The notes beneath the pieces were generated by a model, which ran no database searches, was not told where the DNA came from, and saw nothing but the letters and a program-made list of their open reading frames with translations. Of a DNA stretch of 64,000 nt, positions 13,601-21,671 are shown piece by piece (the stretch's first letter is position 1; every line of letters begins with the position of its first letter). The translations under genes were made by a program, and so were the position numbers. Source of the stretch: an uncultured delta proteobacterium (GTDB taxonomy: Bacteria; Myxococcota; UBA727; VGSZ01); contig CAVZJB010000013.1 in NCBI GenBank assembly GCA_963775425.1, positions 64,001 through 128,000 of the forward strand, given 5' to 3'.

Positions 13601-14099
13601 CGTGCGCGTGAAGACCTCGGGGAGCATCGGCCACCAGGTCGAGCGCTACGCCCTCGCCGTCGAGGTGGGCGTGCCGTGCTTCGCCGACGAGGCCGACATC
13701 GACGGCGGCGAGAACGGCTCGCCCGCGACGTCCACCGTGATCCGCCCCGTCCCCGAGGCGGGCACACCGTTTTCGTTCGACAGCACCACCGCGCTCGACC
13801 CGGCGTCGAGCCGCTGCAACAACGACACCGACGTCTACGAGCTGTTGTCGTTCGCGGGCGAGACCGTCTCGGTCTCGTTCACGCCGGCGGACACCTCGCC
13901 GGGCGGCCTCGTGGCCGACATCGGCACGCGCCCGGCCAACCTCAACGACGACGCCGTCGTCGTCGCCACCGCCGACGACTCCGGCACGCCGGCGACGTTC
14001 GCGAACCCGGTGACGCAGGTCCTCTACGTGACGGTCCACGCGCCCACGGGCGTGCTCGCCACCGGCCCCTACGCCCTCGTCGTCACGACCGCCCCGTAG
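10680..14099 (+). CDS. Large Cys-rich surface lipoprotein (pacifastin/VWC-like module, YfaP/DUF2135-like domain, multiple PPC-like domains)
   Basis: ATG after GAAGGA; lipobox VSGC; CNTCACGDDGTVTCTTRAC; (GE)12; SWD..GDLDLHV...IDDLDGFGPE; repeated EPN[ND]...C..D.D.[FY] modules. Confidence 0.85.
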   Translation: MKSCRTAAATASSVAAVAAAVLALVAVSGCPAPECVVNGEHHEGGSTFPSDDGCNTCACGDDGTVTCTTRACAGEGEGEGEGEGEGEGEGEGEGEGEESLVTPIPDVDCTLGVTGPGSFAVVGVPGTAWSLVRAPIGAHAALDVLEGTQTVLTADAFGLYVVRATVGGASSDCLVRNLPTSELAVEMSWDRNKGDLDLHVTKADDAGQLCFTGASTGSVIPPPLADCANDLDCNYQNCKDNSFNAAPEWDGVAGRSAGDPVLAIDDLDGFGPEVIEADTLPDGTYAVLVNEFTAPPQPTDATVRLWVRGQLVASRTDTFGAVGAVGATMRFVVSGNQVCVDDLSGAAPLCADAPSCAPADTCAQCTVDGDGGVDGADGCGVGVRCDAQATACVPDVPLCTGTADCVQSLSCSAATDTCVEAACTTDADCGPVGTGLVCDTSVGACISSGSTCTEDDEPNNSAADAVAVDNGAYAGVLCRGDVDFVSFPVEPNKRYTVTVDLGGAGEPGITAAIVDAQGVERRNAVFGTIDSAVTLSFVSGTADTGDLFVVVTGSAVTRDAWNYTVAVDVQDGPPPPDCSTGATTGEPNDDFDHATALATGTPRTFARCGSTDVDFYRVDVAPLHGLSVDVNGFFAEDGKLKVEIFGAPDGGARLAIGNTVDDDASAEAPEGSTTYYVAVSAQTTGAAVDQSYTITATEVARPAACDADVNEPDGTVDTAGALTLTAGTGGALGATLDSIRCDTGDVDDVAFTLPANLGGTVTVTFDQSEGNLALDLLDTDGNVIDTSNSSSTNTPVEQVEVPVAATDTDFIARVRLASASSAVAQAYHLEVATFDGAVCLASEPVSDDTFDDGTCIGDFAPLSTPCRNDAARLAEPLEPGDLATCAAATDGTVAGCGRVCGGNDTDVFRVGPLADQQVLHAVLDFDPADGALALVRQLQNTSGTISESATGDTDGDGHIELSFVAPPGTPKEYAVRVKTSGSIGHQVERYALAVEVGVPCFADEADIDGGENGSPATSTVIRPVPEAGTPFSFDSTTALDPASSRCNNDTDVYELLSFAGETVSVSFTPADTSPGGLVADIGTRPANLNDDAVVVATADDSGTPATFANPVTQVLYVTVHAPTGVLATGPYALVVTTAP
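10899..10970 (+). repeat. (Gly-Glu)12 coding hexanucleotide repeat
   Basis: GGN-GAR x12 with synonymous variation. Confidence 0.9.
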
Positions 14100-14186
14100 C
14101 GTCCCCGGCGCCCCCCCGGCCGCGTGACCGCGCGCACGCGATCTCGCCGCGTTTGGACGCCGTGAAACGGGCGCCGCGGGGATCGC

Positions 14187-14213
14187 GCAACGCTCGTGGC
14201 GATCCGCCGAAAA
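14187..14213 (+). promoter_or_regulatory. Putative sigma28 (FliA/WhiG)-like promoter
   Basis: GCAA-N15-GCCGAAAA versus consensus TAAA-N15-GCCGATAA; 28 nt before the ATG at 14242, which follows GGGGAGG. Confidence 0.45.
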
Positions 14214-14241
14214 CCTGCCCACATGTAGGTGGGGAGGCGAC

Positions 14242-16203
14242 ATGCCGGTTGCGCTGCGGGTCCTGACTGATGCCAAGCCCTTCCTCGCGCCCCTCGCGGC
14301 GACGAAGGACAAGGACGCCAAGGCGGTGCTCGACGCCGCCTTGCGCGAGGCCGCGTCCGTCGACGGCGACCGCTGCGTCGACGCGTTCGAGGCCGAGGCC
14401 GTGCGGCAGGCCTTCGACGCGGTGAAGCCCCAGGGCGGCGCGCTCACCCTCCCCGAGGCCCAGCAGCTCAAAAGCGCCCTCGACGTCCGGCTCGGCCAGC
14501 TCCGCGAGGCGCGGCCCAAGACCACCGACGTGGTGTTCACGTCGACGGGCAACGCCACCCAGGTGTTCCGCGACAAGATCCTCGGCGGCGTCGACGAGGT
14601 GCTCGCCCGCGCCAACGGCAAGCCCGCGGACCTCAACGTGCTCCTGTTCGCCTTCACCGACAAGGTGCTCGCCGACGGCCTCGCCGACCGCTGCCGCAAC
14701 AACCCCAACCTCACCGTGCGGGTGCTCACCGACTGGAGCGACCTCGCCTCGAGCGGCGGGCGCCAGGCGCCGCGCCTCGCCAAGATGAACCTCCCGAACC
14801 TCCTCGTGAAGTTCAAGGCGGACAACCCCTACTCGTGGAGCGCGTCGCGCGCCGGCCCGGTCTACAACCACGGCGCCACCGAGGGCCTGAACCACCACAA
14901 GGGCTTCGTCGCGCTCGTCGACGGGAGGCCGGAGAAGATGGCCCTCGGCTCCTTCAACTGGTCCGAGCAGGCCATGGAGAAGAACCTCGAGAACCTCATG
15001 GCCCTCGACCGCGGCGACGTCGACAACCGCGCGCCGATGGAGGCGTACGAGAAGGAGTTCGAGGGGTTCTGGAACGACGACAAGGCCGCGCTCTCCTACG
15101 CCGAGGCCCTGCGCGCCCGCGAGGACGCCTACGCCGCGCTCGCCGCCGCCAACCACGGCAGCTACGTCAGGAGGCCCGTCACCGCCGCCGACATCGCCGA
15201 CCCGGTCTACGCGCCCGCCGACAACACCGACTTCGTCGACGTCAACTCCTTCCGCGACGCCGACGCCGACAGGCTCCAGTCCATCCTCGGCAAGGGCGTC
15301 GCCGAGAAGGTCTGGCGCGAGCTCGCGTACAACGGCCGCTTCGACACGCTCGACGAGCTCAAGGAGCGCGTGCCCGAGGTGGCGTCGCTGTCGGCGGAGA
15401 AGCTGCAGGCGCTCGCCGACAAGGCCGAGCTCGGCGACGGCAGCCTCAGCATCAACACCGCCAACGTCGAGGAGCTCGACCGCGCCGGCTTCTCGCGGCG
15501 CCAGGCCGAGAAGCTCGTGGCGTACCGCGACAAGTACGGGGCGCTGGAGAACCTCGACGAGGCGCACTTCGCGTCGGGCATCGGCAAGAGCCGGCTCGAG
15601 AAGATCGGCATCTCGCTGTCGGACGACGAGGCCCGCGGCTTCTTCTCCGCGCGCCGCCCCGGCGGCAGCGCGACCACGGGCTGGGACGCGGGCAACCGCG
15701 CCAGCGTCAACGTGCCCAAGGACCCCGCCCAACAGACCGTGGACCCCAACGCGCCGCTCAACCGCAGCGAGCTCGAGGCCATGGATCCCACGCTCGCGGC
15801 GCCCGTCACCGACATGCTGCGGCGCGCGCCCGCCGGCGAGACCTTCCGCTTCGCCATGTACGGCGTCTCCGACAGCAGCCCGGAGTTCAAGGAGATGGAG
15901 GCGGCGGCGAAGCGCGGCGTGAAGATCCGCGCGGTGCTCTACAACGCGTACAACAAGCCCGCCATCGACGCGCTCAAAGCGCTCAAGGCGCAGGGCTGCG
16001 ACGTGGAGCTGAAGATCATCTCGTCGCGCGTGATGCACGAGAAGTTCGGCGTGTGTGGCGACGACGTGTGGAACGGCTCGGCCAACATGTCGCTGTCGTC
16101 CATCACCAAGCACACCGAGGACCGCTTCTACTTCCGCAACATGCCGAACCTGGCGCAGAAGTTCGTCGAGGAGTTCGACCGCCTCTGGGCGCTCGGTCAC
16201 TGA
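14242..16203 (+). CDS. Phospholipase D-superfamily protein/nuclease with two HKD-type domains and internal helix-hairpin-helix (ComEA-like) domains
   Basis: NHHKGFVALVD...GSFNWS and MHEKFGVCGD...GSANMS; INTANVEEL...AEKLVAYRDKYG...SGIGKSRLEKI. Confidence 0.85.
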   Translation: MPVALRVLTDAKPFLAPLAATKDKDAKAVLDAALREAASVDGDRCVDAFEAEAVRQAFDAVKPQGGALTLPEAQQLKSALDVRLGQLREARPKTTDVVFTSTGNATQVFRDKILGGVDEVLARANGKPADLNVLLFAFTDKVLADGLADRCRNNPNLTVRVLTDWSDLASSGGRQAPRLAKMNLPNLLVKFKADNPYSWSASRAGPVYNHGATEGLNHHKGFVALVDGRPEKMALGSFNWSEQAMEKNLENLMALDRGDVDNRAPMEAYEKEFEGFWNDDKAALSYAEALRAREDAYAALAAANHGSYVRRPVTAADIADPVYAPADNTDFVDVNSFRDADADRLQSILGKGVAEKVWRELAYNGRFDTLDELKERVPEVASLSAEKLQALADKAELGDGSLSINTANVEELDRAGFSRRQAEKLVAYRDKYGALENLDEAHFASGIGKSRLEKIGISLSDDEARGFFSARRPGGSATTGWDAGNRASVNVPKDPAQQTVDPNAPLNRSELEAMDPTLAAPVTDMLRRAPAGETFRFAMYGVSDSSPEFKEMEAAAKRGVKIRAVLYNAYNKPAIDALKALKAQGCDVELKIISSRVMHEKFGVCGDDVWNGSANMSLSSITKHTEDRFYFRNMPNLAQKFVEEFDRLWALGH

Positions 16204-16245
16204 TCGCGCCGCGCGCGTCGACGCGGTACGTCCGCGCCCCCTGAC

Positions 16246-16279
16246 AAGACGAGGGGCGCCTCGCGGCGCGCCTCGTCTT
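16246..16279. terminator. Stem-loop between convergent genes
   Basis: AAGACGAGGGGCGCC-TCGC-GGCGCGCCTCGTCTT, 15-bp stem with one mismatch. Confidence 0.6.
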
Positions 16280-16297
16280 CTCCCTGGGAGCGAACGC

Positions 16298-16987
16298 TCA
16301 GGCGTGGCTTCTCGTGGCGACGCCGCCGCCGAGGACCAGCCCGCCGAGGAACGCCGCCGAGCCCACCGCGAGGATGGAGACGAGCGTGAAGAGCACCTGA
16401 TGCGGGTTGCCCACCGCCGTGAGACCGAGGATCCCGAGGATCACCGCGGCCATGCCGGCGACGGGGCGCGCGGCGGCGTAGCTGGCCACGAGCGCTCGCG
16501 TGCCGACGTCGTCGTGGCGGCGCGCCGGTCCGGAGAGCATGCCGAAGGTGAACGCCCCGCCCGTGGTGAGGACGAACGCCGCGCCGTAGCAGATGGTCGC
16601 GATGTTGAGCAGGATCACCGGGGCGATGTTGACGAGGGCGAGGATGCCGAGGGTGACCGCGGCCGCGCCGCCGATGAACTCGACGCTCAACGCGCCGCCT
16701 CCGGCGAGCTTCCTCATGGCGTCGAGCTGTCCCCGCTCCTTGCGGTAGCGGTTGCCGATGCCGATGCCTTCGAGCAGCAGCGTGGTCCCGATGGCGATGA
16801 CGGCGATGGAGGTGAGGACGCGCGGCCAACCGCCGGCGAACGAGATGATGGCGAGGACGACGGCGCCCGCGCCGATGATGGAGGAGAGGCCGAAGCCGCC
16901 GGCGTTGACGCCGACGTGCGCCCGGCGCTCGGTGTACCCCGTCGGGGGAGCCATTCGCTGTTCGTGGGTCTGTTCATACGTGGTCAT
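16298..16987 (-). CDS. Hypothetical multi-pass membrane protein
   Basis: About six Gly/Ala-rich hydrophobic segments arranged as three hairpins; GGAG RBS. Confidence 0.8.
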   Translation of the reverse strand: MTTYEQTHEQRMAPPTGYTERRAHVGVNAGGFGLSSIIGAGAVVLAIISFAGGWPRVLTSIAVIAIGTTLLLEGIGIGNRYRKERGQLDAMRKLAGGGALSVEFIGGAAAVTLGILALVNIAPVILLNIATICYGAAFVLTTGGAFTFGMLSGPARRHDDVGTRALVASYAAARPVAGMAAVILGILGLTAVGNPHQVLFTLVSILAVGSAAFLGGLVLGGGVATRSHA

Positions 16988-17019
16988 TTTTGACTCCGTG
17001 AGATGTCGACGACGAAACC

Positions 17020-17035
17020 TGCAACGACCGATCCA
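17020..17035 (-). promoter_or_regulatory. Putative sigma54 promoter
   Basis: TGGATC-GGTCG-TTGCA with correct -24 GG / -12 GC spacing, 32 nt upstream of the ATG at 16987. Confidence 0.65.
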
Positions 17036-17178
17036 TCACCCGGTCCCGCGGGAGAAGCTCGTCGACGACGAGGGCCGCCGCGGCGACGAGCCGCGCCGCG
17101 ATCGGGCGGTGCGCGTTGCAACGGCGCTGTGCGATCATCACCGGATTGACGTCGACGCCGGCGCGTAGGATGCCGTCC

Positions 17179-17730
17179 ATGATGCAGCACCCGAAGATGA
17201 AGTTCATCGCCACGCTTGGCGACGCCCAGCACGTGATCGAGTGCCAGCGCGACGAGAACAACACCGACGTCTTCCACATGACGCTCGACGGCAAGCACTA
17301 CGATGTGGACGCCCGGCGGATGCCGTCCCAGATCGTCCACATCCTGATGGACAACCACTCCTACGACGTCGACCTCGAGCGCCTCGCCAAGAAGAGCGAC
17401 ACCCTCGACGGCCGCATCCACGTCCGCGTGCGCGGCCGCGTGCTCCGCTTCGAGATCCTCGACGAGCGCCGCATCAAGATGAAGGAGGCGCAGGGCTTCC
17501 GCTTCGACGTCGGCGGCGTCGCCAACATCGACTCGCCCATGCCGGGCAAGGTCATCAAGATCTTGAAGAGCGAGGGCGACGAGGTGAAGGAGGGCGAGGG
17601 CATCATCGTCGTGGAGGCGATGAAGATGGAAAACGAGCTGCGCTCGCCCAAGGCCGGCAAGGTCCGCGACATCAAGGTCAAGGAGGGCGACGCCGTCGAA
17701 GCCGGCGCCCGCCTGGCGCAGATCGAGTAG
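17179..17730 (+). CDS. accB: Biotin carboxyl carrier protein with N-terminal BT-like domain
   Basis: SPMPGKV...VEAMKMENEL biotinylation motif; start uncertain (17170, 17179, 17182 or 17197). Confidence 0.9.
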   Translation: MMQHPKMKFIATLGDAQHVIECQRDENNTDVFHMTLDGKHYDVDARRMPSQIVHILMDNHSYDVDLERLAKKSDTLDGRIHVRVRGRVLRFEILDERRIKMKEAQGFRFDVGGVANIDSPMPGKVIKILKSEGDEVKEGEGIIVVEAMKMENELRSPKAGKVRDIKVKEGDAVEAGARLAQIE

Positions 17731-17739
17731 GCGGCGCGC

Positions 17740-18504
17740 CTAGCGCTCGAGCTCGCCCTCGACGCGCTGCAGCCGCCCGTCGTCGACGTCGCCGACCAGC
17801 GTGTACAGCTCGCCGCCGGTCTCGATGACCCGCACGGCGAGCCCGTCCTGCGACATGGAAAATGGTGCGTGGACGCCCGCGGCGAGGCTGCCGTCGGGGT
17901 CGGCGAGCGCGGTGACGCTCAGGCGCTGGCCGTAGCCGCCGGTGTACACGAGCTGGGCGCCGCGGTGCTCGGCCACGTCGACGACGCGGGCGCCGCGCAG
18001 GCCGAAGCCGTGCGGATCGAGGCGCGGCACGCGCAAGGGGCCGACGCGCGCGGCGAGGAACTCCTGCACGCGGCGCGGATCCGGGGAGGCCACGTCGACC
18101 GGCAGGTCCAGGCGGTGCCGCTCGACGGCCGCGCGCAGCACCGCGGAGGGCCCGGGGGGCGCCGCCTGGTGGGCCGGCACGAGGACGAAGACGGCGGCGG
18201 CCGCGGCGGCGACGCCGGCGAAGAAGATGCCGGCCCGGGCCAGCCGGCCCCGGCGGGCGACCGCGCGGACGTCTCTTTTGATCTGGGCCTCGAGCGCGGG
18301 CGGCAGCGTGGGCCGCGGGGCGCGGGCCACCGCCCGCTTCAGGGCCTCCAGCGAGGCCAGGCGGGCGCGGCAGGCATCGCAGGACTGGATGTGGGCCCGC
18401 ACGGCGGCGCGGTCGTCCTCCAGCAGCTCGCCGTCGACGCAGGTCGACAGCAAGGGCTCCACGTCGCGGCAGGCGGTCAGGGCGCGTGCGGTCACGGAGG
18501 TCAC
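17740..18504 (-). CDS. Zinc-finger (zf-HC2) transmembrane anti-sigma factor
   Basis: C...LLSTCVDGEL...HIQSCDAC, single TM, extracytoplasmic domain; directly downstream of the ECF sigma. Confidence 0.88.
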   Translation of the reverse strand: MTSVTARALTACRDVEPLLSTCVDGELLEDDRAAVRAHIQSCDACRARLASLEALKRAVARAPRPTLPPALEAQIKRDVRAVARRGRLARAGIFFAGVAAAAAAVFVLVPAHQAAPPGPSAVLRAAVERHRLDLPVDVASPDPRRVQEFLAARVGPLRVPRLDPHGFGLRGARVVDVAEHRGAQLVYTGGYGQRLSVTALADPDGSLAAGVHAPFSMSQDGLAVRVIETGGELYTLVGDVDDGRLQRVEGELER

Positions 18505-18575
18505 AGTCTCACCTCTCCCCGGTCGCTGGTTCAACGAGGGGGAGCGGTCCGTTCTTCCCGTGACAGGTGCGCGGG

Positions 18576-19229
18576 CTATTTGCGCGCGCGGCGCTTGCGG
18601 TAGTCGTCCAGGGAGAGGGGCCCGTCGGCGCCGCCGTCCAGGGTCGGGTGGAGGACGCCGGACTCGACCGCGTAGTCGAACAGCTCCTCCTGCAGGATGC
18701 GGCGGCCGCGGAACAGGCGGGACATCACGGTGCCCACGGGGATCTCGCAGATGTCGGCGATCTCCTTGTACGAGAAGCCCTCGACGTCGGAGAGGACCAC
18801 CACGGTGCGGAAGTCCACGGGGACCCGCTCGAGGGCCTGCAGCACCTCGTCGCCGAGGCTCTTGTCGACGAGCGCGCCCTCGGGGTCGACGGTGGCGCGC
18901 TTGCTCGGCAGGTGGATGAGGTTCTGCTCCGCCGTCTGCTGGTGCTCGCCCTCGAGGATCTCGCGCTCCTTCACGCGGCGGCGGTACTTGTTGATGAACG
19001 CGTTGGTGAGGATGCGGAACAGCCACGCCTTGCAGTTGGTCCCGGGCTCGAACTGGTCGAACGCGCGGTAGGCCTTGAGATAGGTCTCCTGCACCAGATC
19101 TGCGGCGTCGTCCGGAGAGCGCGTGAGGCGCATCGCCGCTCCGTACAGCGCGCGCCCGTGGGGCAGCGCCTCGGTTTCGAAGAGCTTCTCCTTCTTCGAC
19201 GTCAGACCGATCAGAGAGCCAAGTCCCAT
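18576..19229 (-). CDS. ECF RNA polymerase sigma factor (SigH/SigR-like)
   Basis: DAADLVQETYLKAY, AWLFRILTN, SYKEIADICEIPVGTVMSRLFRGR. Confidence 0.95.
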   Translation of the reverse strand: MGLGSLIGLTSKKEKLFETEALPHGRALYGAAMRLTRSPDDAADLVQETYLKAYRAFDQFEPGTNCKAWLFRILTNAFINKYRRRVKEREILEGEHQQTAEQNLIHLPSKRATVDPEGALVDKSLGDEVLQALERVPVDFRTVVVLSDVEGFSYKEIADICEIPVGTVMSRLFRGRRILQEELFDYAVESGVLHPTLDGGADGPLSLDDYRKRRARK

Positions 19230-19254
19230 CGCGCCACCTCGTGCCCACCGTGTT

Positions 19255-19270
19255 TCCACACCGTGTGCCA
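19255..19270 (-). promoter_or_regulatory. Possible sigma54 promoter (degenerate -12)
   Basis: TGGCAC-ACGGT-GTGGA upstream of the ECF sigma gene. Confidence 0.4.
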
Positions 19271-19275
19271 TCTCG

Positions 19276-19302
19276 AGACGCCGCGACGCACCGCCAGGTT
19301 CC
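19276..19302 (-). promoter_or_regulatory. Putative ECF autoregulatory promoter
   Basis: GGAAC-N17-CGTCT upstream of the ECF sigma gene. Confidence 0.6.
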
Positions 19303-19393
19303 CGGGGAATGAACGCCGGACTGTGTCCGTTGGGACACACAAGCGCGTGTCCGGAGAGACCCGCGCCGCCATCTTCGTAAGACGCGCTTTACC

Positions 19394-19948
19394 TCAGCGG
19401 GTCCAAGACGCGCTGTCGAGGAGCGCGCGCAGGCGCCCATCGGCGGCGCGCTGATCCTCGAAGGCGACGATGCTCGTGATGAGGTGGACGGCGGTCTTGT
19501 CGCGGCCGACCAGCGCGTAGTTGATGGAGGCGAGGGCGGCGCCGTCGTCTCCCTTCACGCGCTGGAGGAAGCGAACGAGGGTGAGGCCGTTTTCGCTGAA
19601 GCGGTCGACCACGCCGCCCTTGCCGGTGACGTCCTTGGCGAGGTTGTCGACGAAGCGCTCGAGCGCGCTCGCGTCCTTGACCTCGACGACGAAGACGCGC
19701 ACCACCTGACCGGAGCTGTGCAGCCACTGCGAGGCGCAGTGGTCCTCGGGCCGCACATCGGTGCAGCTCCGCCCGCCCGTCCACCCCTCGGCGCCGGCGA
19801 ACGTCAGCGCCTCGCCGCGCGCCGGGCCCGAGGGAGCGGCGGCGGCGACAGCGGCGGCGGGCGTGCCGCCTTCGGCGCCGGTGGGCGCCGCCGGGGATCG
19901 CGTACAGCCGAGCGACGCCGCGAGGACGAGGAGGGCGACGAGCTTCAT
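19394..19948 (-). CDS. Hypothetical lipoprotein
   Basis: MKLVALLVLAASLGC lipobox. Confidence 0.8.
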   Translation of the reverse strand: MKLVALLVLAASLGCTRSPAAPTGAEGGTPAAAVAAAAPSGPARGEALTFAGAEGWTGGRSCTDVRPEDHCASQWLHSSGQVVRVFVVEVKDASALERFVDNLAKDVTGKGGVVDRFSENGLTLVRFLQRVKGDDGAALASINYALVGRDKTAVHLITSIVAFEDQRAADGRLRALLDSASWTR

Positions 19949-19997
19949 GCCCCCATCAAACCACGAAGAGCGCGCGAGCCGACAGGCGCCCGCGCCC

Positions 19998-21653
19998 TTA
20001 CGGTTCGCGGGGAGGGCCGTCGTCGGCTTTGGGGGCGGGCGCCGGCTCCGAGGGCGGGCCCGGCAGGATGCGGGGGCCCGGGGCCACCGCGTGGGCGCCG
20101 CCGGGGCCGTAGGACCTGATGACGTCGAGGAGCGCTTCGACGTCGGGCGCCTTGCCTTCGTGCGCCATCTGCAGCGTGCGCGTGGGGAACGCGAAGCTCA
20201 CGCCGATGTCGCGGGCGAGCCGCACGATGTCGAGGAGCACCTCGTGGCGCACGCGCAGCTCACCGCTCCACGTCGGGCGCACCACGTAGAAGTGCACCAT
20301 GAACGCCAGGGCGCTGTCGCCGAAGTCGTGCAGGTGCACGTCGACGTCTTCTTTTCGCGTGTGCGGGTGCGCGGCCACGATGGCGCGCACGCCGTCGCAG
20401 AAGGCCTCGGCCTGCTCCGGCGTGGTGCCGTACTGGAGGCCGGCCGTCACGCTCACCCTTCGCGCCCGGCGCGCGCCGAAGTTCTCGATGTTTCCGTCGG
20501 TGAGCCGCGCGTTCGGCACGCTCACCACGGTGTCGCGGATGGTGCGGATCTGCGTGGAGCGGAAGCCGACGTGCTCCACGGCGCCCTCGACGTCGGGGCC
20601 GAGCACCACCCAGTCGCCGATCTGAAACGGGCGATCGAGGAAGATGGCGACGGAGCCGAAGAAGTTGCCGATGGTGTCCTTGGCTGCCAGCGCCACCGCG
20701 AGGCCGCCGATGCCGAGGCCGGCAATGAGCGAGCCGACGTTGATGTCGAACGCCTCCAGCAGGAGCACCGCGGCCAGGGTGACGACCACCACCTTGAGGA
20801 TGCGCCGCACGAGCGGCACCAGGTGCTCGTCCATCTTGCCCGTGCTGTGCGGGGTCCGCTTCACGATCTGCTCGGCGACGACGTCGACGACGCGGTAGCA
20901 AAAGGCGAGCGCCGCCAGCGCCGCGGTGATGCGCACGACGAACATCACCACCACGGCCGCCTCTCCCGGCAGCGCCAGCGACGGCGTCCCCAGCGCGAGC
21001 ATCGCCGCGAGCGCGAGCGTGCCGAGCGGCCGCGCCACCACCACGAGGCGCTCGCGGGTGACGTCGACGCCGAAGCGGGCGAGCACCGCTCCCGCGCGCC
21101 ACACGAGCACGCCGGCGATGGCGAAGCGCAGCAGCGCCCCCGCCGCCGCGATCAGCAGGAGCCCGAGGAGCTGCCAGGCGGCCACCCCGAGCACCGGCCG
21201 CTGCGCCCAGTGCGGCAGCCGCCGCTTGAGCGTGTGCAGGTCGACGGCGACGGCGTCTTCGTAGATGTCGTCGGCCTGGGTGAGCACGGACGTGGGCAGC
21301 ACCCAGTCGCCGCTCTCGAGGCGCTCGAGGCGGAGGCGCGGGAGCGCGCGGGTGAGGACGACGGTGGGCTCGAAGGTGCTCGCGTCGACGAACGCGGGAT
21401 CGCTCGGGATGTTCTCGAGGCGCGGCCGGGCGCCGACGGCGTCGAGGGCCTGCTTGAGGACGGCGACGGCGTGCTCGCGGCGGGCGAGGGGGAGGTCCTG
21501 CTCGGTGCAGCGCGCGGCCTTCTTCAGGTCGAGGCGGTCGTCACGCAGGTTGGACAGGATCGTCGCCGCCGCCGCGCGCGGGTTGGCGCACGGCGAGGTG
21601 TCGGCGGTGCCGAGCTGGGCGCTGACGACGAGAGCGGCGGCGACGGCGAGCAC
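19998..21653 (-). CDS. MscS-family mechanosensitive channel with periplasmic N-terminal domain
   Basis: GLGIGGLAVALAAKDTIGNFFG, DRPFQIGDWV, VGFRSTQIRT, SFAFPTRTL. Confidence 0.93.
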   Translation of the reverse strand: MLAVAAALVVSAQLGTADTSPCANPRAAAATILSNLRDDRLDLKKAARCTEQDLPLARREHAVAVLKQALDAVGARPRLENIPSDPAFVDASTFEPTVVLTRALPRLRLERLESGDWVLPTSVLTQADDIYEDAVAVDLHTLKRRLPHWAQRPVLGVAAWQLLGLLLIAAAGALLRFAIAGVLVWRAGAVLARFGVDVTRERLVVVARPLGTLALAAMLALGTPSLALPGEAAVVVMFVVRITAALAALAFCYRVVDVVAEQIVKRTPHSTGKMDEHLVPLVRRILKVVVVTLAAVLLLEAFDINVGSLIAGLGIGGLAVALAAKDTIGNFFGSVAIFLDRPFQIGDWVVLGPDVEGAVEHVGFRSTQIRTIRDTVVSVPNARLTDGNIENFGARRARRVSVTAGLQYGTTPEQAEAFCDGVRAIVAAHPHTRKEDVDVHLHDFGDSALAFMVHFYVVRPTWSGELRVRHEVLLDIVRLARDIGVSFAFPTRTLQMAHEGKAPDVEALLDVIRSYGPGGAHAVAPGPRILPGPPSEPAPAPKADDGPPREP

Positions 21654-21671
21654 CGCGCCGGACTACCACAA

